Below, in pieces: positions 56,373 to 64,000 of a stretch of 64,000 nucleotides of DNA (positions within the stretch are counted from its first letter, which is position 1; the number at the start of each line of letters is the position of its first letter). The stretch is from an uncultured Verrucomicrobiae bacterium (GTDB lineage Bacteria; Verrucomicrobiota; Verrucomicrobiia; Chthoniobacterales; UBA10450). The notes beneath the pieces are model-generated. The model searched no databases, was not told the origin of the DNA, and was given only the letters and a program-made list of their open reading frames with translations. A program made the position numbers and the translations under genes. The stretch spans positions 928,001-992,000 of the forward strand of contig CAVWPA010000003.1 in assembly GCA_963756875.1 (NCBI GenBank), in the 5' to 3' direction.

Positions 56373-58553
56373 TCAGTGCAGCAATCTTTCCAGAGACGGA
56401 TCGGGCGCCGAGCCGAGTTCCTCGGCTCTGGCGTAATGGCGTTTGGCCAGTTCCTTCGCCGGAGGCTGCGCGGTAGCGTAGATGACAGCCAGATTAAAAT
56501 GCGCGTCGGCGTAGTTGGGATTGTCGGCCACTGCCTGGAGCATTTCCTTTTCGGCGGCTTCCTGCCAGCCCTTCTGGCTGGCCGTGATGCCGAGATAATT
56601 GTGCGCCGTGGCGCTCTTTGGATTAATGGCGAGCGCTTTGGTCAATTCGGTCAGGGCGCTGTCGTATTTGGCTTCGCGATAAAAAACAATTCCAAGGGTC
56701 GTGCGCGCGAATTCGTCCTTCGGCGCAATTGCCACCGCCTTCTTTAGAGTCAGTTCGGCAGCCTTGAGTTTTCCGGTGCGAAAGTAAACAACCCCAAGGT
56801 TGGAAAGCGAATACAGATTATTGGGACTCTTGGTCAGAATTTCCTGATAAGTTCTTTCGGCAGATCGATACTTCCCGTGATCGAAGTTTTCTTTTGCCCG
56901 TCTGGCGAGATCCACGACGTCGTCGGGGACATTCGGCCTGAACCCGTTGTCGGGGCCGATTTGTCCGGAAGACGCGGAATTTTCAGCGATCCCCGATTTC
57001 GCTATGTCGCCTGGCGCCCCCGTTTTTTTTGCGAATGTGAAGCTGGCCTGGACCGCTCCCGGGTTGTCATCAGAGATGGCGACAACTGGTTCCCGCAACA
57101 GAGCGAGCTCATCGGGGGTCAATCTGGTGATCGGCTGTGCAAGCAATTCGATCTGCTTGGTCAGGGTCTCCGACTTGATATCCAGCTTGTCGAATTCAGC
57201 CAGCATGAGCTTCTTCGCCTGCTCGCGTCGCGCTTCCTCCTGGCGTTCGCGCACAATGATGGCGCGCAGCATTTCGTTTTCCTTGGTCAGCTTGGCGGTT
57301 TCTTCGGGAGTCGCGCCGGTCAGCTTGACCTTTTCAAGCTGCTTCGCTGCTTCGTCGAGTTGTGAATGGAGGCTGGCAACGGTCACCTCGTAATCCTTGT
57401 TTTGCTTCTGGCTGGCAGCGAGTTGCTGTCGAAGTTGATCGATCTGCTTCTTCACGTCCGCGAGCTCTTTTTCTCTTTTCGGTTTGTCCTCGCTGATCTC
57501 CTGGACGGTCTTTTCGGCGTCGGCCAATTTCTGTTTCAAATTCGAGTTCTCGGCCACCAATTCTTCCACGCGCTGTTCGCTCCCCTTCATGGTCTTCAAC
57601 TGAGCGAGTGCCTGATCGCGCTCTTTCGTAGCGCCCGCGACCTTCTTATCGGCTTCGGACGCTCTCGCGTTGGCTTGATCTCGCTCTTTCTCGGCGGCGA
57701 CACGGCCCTGCTCAGCCTCCGTGCGTCCCTTTTCAACGGAAGCCAGGGCGTTCTTGAGGTTGGTGATCTCGGCGCGCAAAGCCTGCTGCGCTTTGGCGTC
57801 GCCGCCAGTGGTCGATTGAATCTTCTTTAGCGTTCCCTGCGCGGTGACTAACTGGTCGCGGACTTTCTCCTCGGCCTGCTTTGATTGCTGCAGCCCGGTT
57901 CGGGCCTTTTCCAGCTTCGAAGTGGTGTCCTTCAAGCGACTGTTCAAGGTGTCCTTCTCCTTTTCAGCGTTACCGAACTGGTTGCGAGCCTTCTGCAATT
58001 CGGCCTCCAGTTGGTCGACCTTGCTCTGCAATTGTTTGGTGGCCGCCTGAATGGCAGCTTGATTTGGCGTTTGAGCCGGCGCCGGCGCGGGCGGGACCTG
58101 CACCTGCGGCGGTGGTTGCTCAGCGGGAATGTCGGTTTTGTGCTGGGCAGCGACCTCGACAGCCGGTTGTCCGGCTGGGCTCGGATTCTCGAGGACCGTG
58201 GGCGGATTTTCCGGAACTGGCGCCTGTGCCGGTGCCGTGGTCAGCTCCTTTTGGGTCGAGGCCTTGTCCTGCACCCGCAAAATACTTTCGCCGATTTTTC
58301 GGCCGCGATAATCCACGATCGCGGGTTGCCAATCGGGATTCGATTTGTGCAGCTGCTCGATCAAGCTGCCGGCGAAGCGATATTTTGCGAGCGCCTCTTT
58401 AAGTTCGCCTTCGCGCTCCAACTTTTCGCCCTGCTGGGCCGTCATGTAAGCCTTGAGAAAAACGTCGCTCGGATCCTCGGATTGGGCCGTGAGTTGAGAA
58501 AGAGGAATAAACAGGAAGAAAACGGCGAGCGAAATCAGACCGATCTTCTTCAT
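56373..58553 (-). CDS. Secreted long coiled-coil protein with C-terminal TPR domain
   Basis: Signal peptide, Pro-rich linker, long heptad-rich region, TPRs (AHNYLG, AHFNLA). Confidence 0.85.
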   Translation of the reverse strand: MKKIGLISLAVFFLFIPLSQLTAQSEDPSDVFLKAYMTAQQGEKLEREGELKEALAKYRFAGSLIEQLHKSNPDWQPAIVDYRGRKIGESILRVQDKASTQKELTTAPAQAPVPENPPTVLENPSPAGQPAVEVAAQHKTDIPAEQPPPQVQVPPAPAPAQTPNQAAIQAATKQLQSKVDQLEAELQKARNQFGNAEKEKDTLNSRLKDTTSKLEKARTGLQQSKQAEEKVRDQLVTAQGTLKKIQSTTGGDAKAQQALRAEITNLKNALASVEKGRTEAEQGRVAAEKERDQANARASEADKKVAGATKERDQALAQLKTMKGSEQRVEELVAENSNLKQKLADAEKTVQEISEDKPKREKELADVKKQIDQLRQQLAASQKQNKDYEVTVASLHSQLDEAAKQLEKVKLTGATPEETAKLTKENEMLRAIIVRERQEEARREQAKKLMLAEFDKLDIKSETLTKQIELLAQPITRLTPDELALLREPVVAISDDNPGAVQASFTFAKKTGAPGDIAKSGIAENSASSGQIGPDNGFRPNVPDDVVDLARRAKENFDHGKYRSAERTYQEILTKSPNNLYSLSNLGVVYFRTGKLKAAELTLKKAVAIAPKDEFARTTLGIVFYREAKYDSALTELTKALAINPKSATAHNYLGITASQKGWQEAAEKEMLQAVADNPNYADAHFNLAVIYATAQPPAKELAKRHYARAEELGSAPDPSLERLLH

Positions 58554-58698
58554 CACAGCGGTGACGGGGAGAATAGCAAAGCCAGGCTGAGTTGCAACGG
58601 TGGGGTGCTGCACGGTTAGTGATAGAGCGCTCTGCGTGCCATTTAGCGCTGTGACGTTGCAATCGGCAATCTAAAATCTAGAATCTAGCCGTTCGGAT

Positions 58699-58774
58699 GG
58701 TGGCTGTAGCTCAATGGTAGAGCCCCAGATTGTGGTTCTGGTTGTTGCGGGTTCGAGTCCCGTCAGCCACCCCA
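58699..58774 (+). tRNA. tRNA-His(GTG)
   Basis: G-1, acceptor GTGGCTG/CAGCCAC, anticodon loop TTGTGGT, TTCGAGT, encoded CCA. Confidence 0.96.
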
Positions 58775-58782
58775 GCTAACGC

Positions 58783-58983
58783 AAGCTCCAGTTTCCAATA
58801 CCCAAGCTCCAAAGAGATTACGGGCAAATTTGGGTATTGGGTTTTTGGATTTCCGCCGAAGGGTTGTGCAGTTCGGAAAATTCAAGGCTCGCGGACTGAG
58901 ATTTGGACCTTTCGTTTTCGCAAGCCCCGCCGTATTTGAGTCTCCTTTGGAGTTTGGTGCTTGGAACTTGGAACTTGGAACTT
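58783..58983. repeat. Inverted arrays of degenerate heptamer repeats
   Basis: ccaagct/ccaatac-type units on the left; ttggagt ttggtgc ttggaac ttggaac ttggaac on the right. Confidence 0.65.
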
Positions 58984-59007
58984 CCGCCGCCGGAGGCGGA
59001 GGTGGCA

Positions 59008-59204
59008 TGGCCGGTGCTTTAGGACGAGCTGTGAGCGATATCGTTGACTTTTTTGGTCAATCCGAATTTCGAGTCGTCGGTCCGACCCTTTGGGAGCGGA
59101 TCTTGTCCGCCGAAGAATTGCGCGATCGCGACAATCTTGAAAAACTGCTCGCGGGCTGCGAGATCATCGCCGTGCTGGACGGCAGGGATCTTCTCGCGGC
59201 CTGA
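59008..59204 (+). CDS. Possible small hypothetical protein or gene remnant between the tRNAs
   Basis: Coding-like composition (LWERILSAEELRDRDNLEKLLAG); family not recognised. Confidence 0.3.
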
Positions 59205-59347
59205 CGAGCAGCGCTGTTTTCGCCCTGCAATTTTTTGGAGGCGGCTTTCCAGGATCTCGATTCGGCTCTGACTTACATTTTACGGACGGACCACGCGTTT
59301 CGTTCTTTTATTCGCAAATCGGCGATCACAAATCTAAAATGGGTTGA

Positions 59348-59421
59348 GTGTCTGTAGCTCAACCGGATAGAGCATCTGACTTCGGATCAGAAGGTTGTGG
59401 GTTCGAGTCCCTCCAGGCACG
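59348..59421 (+). tRNA. tRNA-Arg(TCG)
   Basis: Acceptor GTGTCTG/CAGGCAC, anticodon arm TCTGA-CTTCGGA-TCAGA, TTCGAGT; no encoded CCA. Confidence 0.93.
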
Positions 59422-59539
59422 GTGATATGCACTGCTGCGCAGTTGATTTCCTCTGGGCGTCCCGATTACAATTAGCGGTTCCGCACGAATAAGCTGCCTG
59501 CCGGGCAAAATATCTGTTAAGCGGCTTTCCGGAATTGAA

Positions 59540-60460
59540 ATGAAGACGATCACCCAATCACGGATCCATGGCTTGTCGATGCATCCGTCCGTGATCGATC
59601 AGGTCATGGTCGAAGAACGGGCAGGCGCGTTTGCCAAGCGCAGCATTAAAACTTCCGCCAAGCTTGCCGGACTTAAACTCGCCATTTCAATGGTGGATTT
59701 GACCACGCTTGAGGGCAAGGACACGCCGGGCAAGATCGCGTTTCTCTGCCGCAAGGCGATGCAACCGCTCGATCCGCGATACGAGGTGCCGCACTGCGCG
59801 GCCGTGTGCGTCTATTCAAAGCTGGTGCGCGTGGCGAAGAAATTTCTCGGGCATTCCGGTGTGAAAGTCGCCTCGGTCGCGACCGCTTTTCCGACCGGGC
59901 TGATGCCGTTGCGATTGAAGATTGCCGAAGTGCGCAGCGCGGCGCGCGATGGCGCGGACGAAATCGACATGGTGATCGATCGCGGCCTGTTCCTGGCCGG
60001 AGATCACGGTCGGGTGTTCGACGAAATTGCGGCGGTAAAGGAAGCTTGCGGCGACGCGCACCTGAAGGTGATTCTGGAAACCGGCGAGCTGCAAACCTAC
60101 GACAACGTGCGATTGGCCAGTGAGATCGCCATGCGCGCCGGTGCGGATTTCATCAAGACATCGACCGGAAAAATCTCGCCGGCCGCAACGATGCCCGTCA
60201 CGCTGGTGATGTTGGAAGCGATTCGCGACTACTTTTATGAGACTGGCATGCGCATTGGCATGAAGCCGGCAGGAGGCATTCGCACAGCAAAACAGGCGCT
60301 CGCTTATCTGGTGATGGTGAAGGAAACCCTCGGCGACGATTGGCTCACGCCCGATCTGTTCCGGTTCGGCGCCAGCACGCTGGTCAACGATGTGTTGATG
60401 CAAATCGTGAAAACGGTGGACGGAAACTACCAGGGAGCGGACTATTTTTCATTGCCATGA
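59540..60460 (+). CDS. deoC: Deoxyribose-phosphate aldolase (long form)
   Basis: DLTTLEG, GADEIDMV, LKVILETG, FIKTSTG, KPAGGIR, RFGAS. Confidence 0.95.
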   Translation: MKTITQSRIHGLSMHPSVIDQVMVEERAGAFAKRSIKTSAKLAGLKLAISMVDLTTLEGKDTPGKIAFLCRKAMQPLDPRYEVPHCAAVCVYSKLVRVAKKFLGHSGVKVASVATAFPTGLMPLRLKIAEVRSAARDGADEIDMVIDRGLFLAGDHGRVFDEIAAVKEACGDAHLKVILETGELQTYDNVRLASEIAMRAGADFIKTSTGKISPAATMPVTLVMLEAIRDYFYETGMRIGMKPAGGIRTAKQALAYLVMVKETLGDDWLTPDLFRFGASTLVNDVLMQIVKTVDGNYQGADYFSLP

Positions 60461-62052
60461 AAGCGCCTCGTCCACGTCGTCCGAAGACAAAGAGAAAAAT
60501 TGGCGCCCGGAAAAATTTGCAGCGGTCGCGCGCTCTCGTTGTCCGCGAGGAAAAACCGCAGAATTATCGCGTGGCACTTCCGCCGGCCGCGAGGCGGCTT
60601 AGCTTCGGCGATCGATGGAGCTACGCGCCCGCACCGGAGGCGAGCGATTATATTAAGATCCGGCCGCGCTACCAGTTGTTCATTGGCGGAAAGTTTGTCG
60701 CGCCGCGCTCGGGTAAATATTTCGATTCCATCAATCCGGCGACCGAAGGAAAACTGGCCGAGATCGCCGAAGCGAACAGTCGCGATGTCGATCTGGCCGT
60801 GAAATCCGCGCGGCGCGCCTACCAGAATGTATGGGGCAAAATGCCGGGCCGTGAGCGGGGCAAATATCTTTATCGCATCGCGCGGTTGATCCAGGAGAAA
60901 TCGCGCGAGCTGGCCGTGCTGGAAACGATGGACGGCGGCAAGACCATCAAGGAATCGCGGGACATCGATCTTCCACTCGTCGCCGCGCACTTCTTCTATT
61001 ATGCGGGCTGGGCCGACAAGCTGGAGTATGCGTTCCCCGGCCGGTCGCCGCATCCGCTGGGCGTGGCCGGCCAGATTATTCCGTGGAATTTCCCGTTGCT
61101 CATGGCGGCGTGGAAGCTTGCGCCCGCGTTGGCCTGCGGAAACACCTGTGTTCTAAAACCCGCCGAGACGACCAGCATTACCGCAATGCATCTGGCGGAA
61201 ATTTTCCAGCAAGCCGAGTTGCCCGACGGCGTCGTCAACGTGATCACGGGCGCGGGCGCGACCGGCAAAGCGCTTGTCGATCACCCGAATATCGACAAGA
61301 TCGCGTTCACAGGATCGACCGAAGTCGGCAAACGCATCTTGAAATCGGTTGCCGGCACGAAGAAGAAACTCACGCTCGAACTCGGCGGCAAAGCGGCCAA
61401 CATTATCTTCGAGGACGCACCGATCGATCAGGCAGTCGAAGGCATCATCTCAGGCATCTATTTCAATCAAGGCCACGTTTGCTGTGCCGGCTCGCGTTTG
61501 TTCGTGCAGGAAGGAATTTTCGCTCCGGTCATTCGAAAACTGCGGGACCGTATCGCGACGCTGCGCGTCGGCAATCCACTCGACAAGAACAGCGACATCG
61601 GTGCGATCAATTCACGGATGCAACTCGACAAGATTTGCGAGCTCGTGGACAGCGGCTTGAAACAAGGCGCGAAACTTTACCAGCCCCGGGCGCTGTCGAC
61701 ATTGCCGTCGAAGGGTTACTGGTATCCGCCGAGCTTCTTCACCGGCGTCACGGCGTCGCACCGGATCGCGCAGGAAGAAATTTTCGGACCGGTCTTGAGC
61801 GTTATGACATTTCGCACACCCGAGGAAGCGATCGAGCGCGCAAACAATACGCCTTATGGATTAAGCGCCGGCGTTTGGACGGACAAAGGGAGCAAGATCT
61901 TCAAGATCGTGAACAAACTGCGTGCCGGCGTGGTGTGGGCCAACACTTACAACAAATTCGATCCGACCAGTCCCTTTGGCGGATATAAAGAGAGCGGCTT
62001 CGGCCGCGAAGGCGGATTGCACGGGTTGCTTCCCTATCTCAGGCTCAACTGA
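60457..62052 (+). CDS. Aldehyde dehydrogenase coupled to deoC
   Basis: PWNFP, KPAE, FTGSTEVG, LELGGK, GHVCCAG, EEIFGP, PFGGYKESG; ATGA overlap with deoC. Confidence 0.95.
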   Translation: MKAPRPRRPKTKRKIGARKNLQRSRALVVREEKPQNYRVALPPAARRLSFGDRWSYAPAPEASDYIKIRPRYQLFIGGKFVAPRSGKYFDSINPATEGKLAEIAEANSRDVDLAVKSARRAYQNVWGKMPGRERGKYLYRIARLIQEKSRELAVLETMDGGKTIKESRDIDLPLVAAHFFYYAGWADKLEYAFPGRSPHPLGVAGQIIPWNFPLLMAAWKLAPALACGNTCVLKPAETTSITAMHLAEIFQQAELPDGVVNVITGAGATGKALVDHPNIDKIAFTGSTEVGKRILKSVAGTKKKLTLELGGKAANIIFEDAPIDQAVEGIISGIYFNQGHVCCAGSRLFVQEGIFAPVIRKLRDRIATLRVGNPLDKNSDIGAINSRMQLDKICELVDSGLKQGAKLYQPRALSTLPSKGYWYPPSFFTGVTASHRIAQEEIFGPVLSVMTFRTPEEAIERANNTPYGLSAGVWTDKGSKIFKIVNKLRAGVVWANTYNKFDPTSPFGGYKESGFGREGGLHGLLPYLRLN

Positions 62053-62058
62053 GTCCGA

Positions 62059-63204
62059 TTAGCTGTCCGACGAGTCCGTGCCACTCTGGCCACCGGACCT
62101 GCTGTCAAAGTACAGCACCACAAACGCGATCCCGAGCAGCGGTCGAAGAATCCTTTGCAAAATTGCGAACCCAAAGCTGGAAAGCTGAAAGCCATGGACT
62201 TGGGAAGTGGCGTTGAGTTTTTGCAAAAGAGCCGGTAGGTCCTGCGGTGGTGTCTTGGAAAACTCATTAAAATAATGGCTCAGGGTCGACCACTCCGGGC
62301 CAAGCGTGATTGCCAGCACAATAACGGCCCAGATTGATGCAATTAATGCTCCGCGCCAGGACGGCCGTTGAAACCGCGGCAGACCGCGTCCACTGCGCGC
62401 GAGGTCCCTGCTTTCGCGCAATGAATCGACCACGCCCGCGCCTTCGATTACGGCAAATTGCTGCCAGAAGAGAACGTTGACGAAGAAACGACTAAACATC
62501 CACACTTGAACCCCCAGCAGCAGAAGCGCGAAAAGGATCAGGGGTATGGAAGAAGCGCTCACCACGCTTATCCCTGCGATAAAGAGGCCAAGCAGGGTCA
62601 GGAGCAAGAAGACGCCGTAGACGAAAACGCACAGCACCGCGACGCGCGGCCAAAATTTCACAGCTTCATTGAGCGCAGCCAGAAAACCCATCCGGCGTCC
62701 GGCGAGTGTTTCGGCGCTAAGAATTTGGATGGCCGCGATATAGATCGGCCACAGGACCATCGCGAGCACCAGCATGCAAAACGCGAACGCGCTCGCCAAA
62801 ACGCTGCGCAGGTCAACATCCACGTTCGGCGTTGTTTCGATCAATGTGCTGGCAAGCTGGCCGCACGCGGAAGGGAGAATCACGAGGAGCGCGAGGCAAA
62901 GAAACTGAAAGAATCTTTGTCGATAAATGCGAAACGTCTCGCCAAGAATTTGGAAGAGACTGCGCCGCTTCCAAGGTAACTCGAACGAATAAGCACTGGG
63001 ATGCGCAGGCTCGGACTGGATCGGCGGCGGTATTACCTCAAAGAGACCGGGAATGTCGGCTGCCGTGCTCCACTGATCGATGTTCGCCGGTCGCGCTTCA
63101 TTGGCCGGCAAGACGCGGCCTTCGGCTTTCCATTCGCGTAAAGTGGGCAGATCGGCCGGCCCGAAATCGCGCCCTTCCACTCGAATGATCCATTCCTCTA
63201 TCAT
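62059..63204 (-). CDS. Membrane protein with N-terminal GYF_2 (DUF4339)-like domain
   Basis: WIIRVEGRDFGP...L..W...GRV...W...IPGL, then about 6 transmembrane helices. Confidence 0.7.
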   Translation of the reverse strand: MIEEWIIRVEGRDFGPADLPTLREWKAEGRVLPANEARPANIDQWSTAADIPGLFEVIPPPIQSEPAHPSAYSFELPWKRRSLFQILGETFRIYRQRFFQFLCLALLVILPSACGQLASTLIETTPNVDVDLRSVLASAFAFCMLVLAMVLWPIYIAAIQILSAETLAGRRMGFLAALNEAVKFWPRVAVLCVFVYGVFLLLTLLGLFIAGISVVSASSIPLILFALLLLGVQVWMFSRFFVNVLFWQQFAVIEGAGVVDSLRESRDLARSGRGLPRFQRPSWRGALIASIWAVIVLAITLGPEWSTLSHYFNEFSKTPPQDLPALLQKLNATSQVHGFQLSSFGFAILQRILRPLLGIAFVVLYFDSRSGGQSGTDSSDS

Positions 63205-63301
63205 GTATGGATCGATCATCCTGCAATCAGTAGCCGGAATCCAGTGCTGGATTTTGGACCAACAGCTTTGAAATCGCGGCAATCCGGTTCATCCTGTCTT
63301 A

Positions 63302-64000
63302 ATGAAACTGCTTTTGATCGACGGCCATTATTATGTCTATCGATCGTTCTTTGCGATCCCGAATCTGTCGAACTCCAAAGGCGAGCCAACCAATGCGATT
63401 TTCGGATTCACGAAAACGCTGCGCCTCATGATCAAACATCTCCAGCCGGATCTCGGCGCCGTTTTATGGGATCAGGGCATGCCGCAGCGGCGCGTGGAGT
63501 TGCAGCCCGCCTATAAAGAGACGCGCAAAGAAATGCCGACGCCGATGGTCCCGCAGCTTGAGTTCATCCAGAAAACCCTGACGCGTCTGATTGGTTTTAA
63601 GAATATCGCGCTGCCGAACACGGAAGCGGACGATTTAATGGGCTGCTACGCGGTTGAGGCGTGCAAGCACAACATCGACGTGTTGCTTGCGACCAATGAC
63701 AAGGATTTATTCCAACTCGTTGGGCCTTGCGTTAAGGTTTATACGACCGCGAAGGCCGATCTTGCGTCCCCGAAGAACGCATTCGCTTTGCTCGGCCAGC
63801 CCGAGGTAACGACGAAATGGGGTGTTGCGCCGGAATTCATCGGCGATGTTCTGGCAATTAGCGGCGATCCGGTGGACAACATTCCCGGTGTGGGGATCGG
63901 CCGCAAAACGGCGGCGGCGTTGATCGCGGAATTTGGCGGCTTGGAGCCTTTGCTTGCCAATATCGACAAGGTGAAAAGTGAGAGGAACCGCGAAAAACTT
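63302..64000 (+). CDS. 5'-3' exonuclease/flap endonuclease (PolI N-terminal domain family), 3'-truncated by window edge
   Basis: Not in the ORF track; manual translation gives MKLLLIDGHYYVYRSFFA...PTNAIFGF...EADD...NDKDLFQL...GDPVDNIPGVGIG. Confidence 0.9.
   Translation, partial: MKLLLIDGHYYVYRSFFAIPNLSNSKGEPTNAIFGFTKTLRLMIKHLQPDLGAVLWDQGMPQRRVELQPAYKETRKEMPTPMVPQLEFIQKTLTRLIGFKNIALPNTEADDLMGCYAVEACKHNIDVLLATNDKDLFQLVGPCVKVYTTAKADLASPKNAFALLGQPEVTTKWGVAPEFIGDVLAISGDPVDNIPGVGIGRKTAAALIAEFGGLEPLLANIDKVKSERNREKL

Noticed and set aside
59202..59320. TGA read-through (selenocysteine) extending the small inter-tRNA ORF
   Set aside because: No redox motif context or recognisable SECIS hairpin
58699..59421. 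tRNA-anchored genomic island
   Set aside because: No duplicated tRNA 3' end or integrase seen; flanking genes are housekeeping
1..64000. Numerous overlapping and antisense ORFs in the track (e.g. 765-1676, 3664-4614, 10962-11900, 15154-16275, 33030-33929, 61083-61988)
   Set aside because: Shadow frames of well-supported genes in GC-rich DNA; no recognisable motifs
1..64000. CRISPR array, prophage, integron or autonomous transposon
   Set aside because: No regular repeat-spacer array, and no cas, integrase, transposase or phage structural genes recognised

Overview
GC-rich bacterial chromosome segment, most likely Verrucomicrobiota (Spartobacteria/Chthoniobacterales-like). This assignment is inferred from the murC-murB fusion, the LysM gene inside the dcw cluster and TGTTC-N4-GAACA LexA boxes. 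Most genes are housekeeping: parB (partial), a full dcw cluster (mraZ to ftsZ), exbB/exbD/TPR, a lexA-imuA-imuB cassette, a family-B DNA polymerase, acnA, ispH, deoC plus aldehyde dehydrogenase, RNase P RNA, tRNA-His and tRNA-Arg(TCG). I found no prophage, CRISPR array, integrase or transposase. Highlights: (1) a type II glutaminyl-cyclase-like gene, with Gln at +1 in 7 of 8 predicted signal-peptide substrates, suggesting a Bacteroidetes-like 'Q-rule'; (2) a PolB with an intact polymerase site but all three proofreading motifs lost, alongside a mutasome cassette with a truncated ImuB and no dnaE2; (3) many small palindromic elements that sit in-frame in polB and imuA, inside the RNase P RNA, on TAG stop codons and nested inside each other; (4) a 25-bp exact operator-like repeat that places ispH under a membrane-protein/HTH module; (5) a KimA/Kup-like K+ transporter bracketed by MITE ends; (6) FtsZ with a non-canonical T7 loop; (7) two single-base frameshifts that may be sequencing errors. 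All calls come from motif recognition by eye; no database searches were run.
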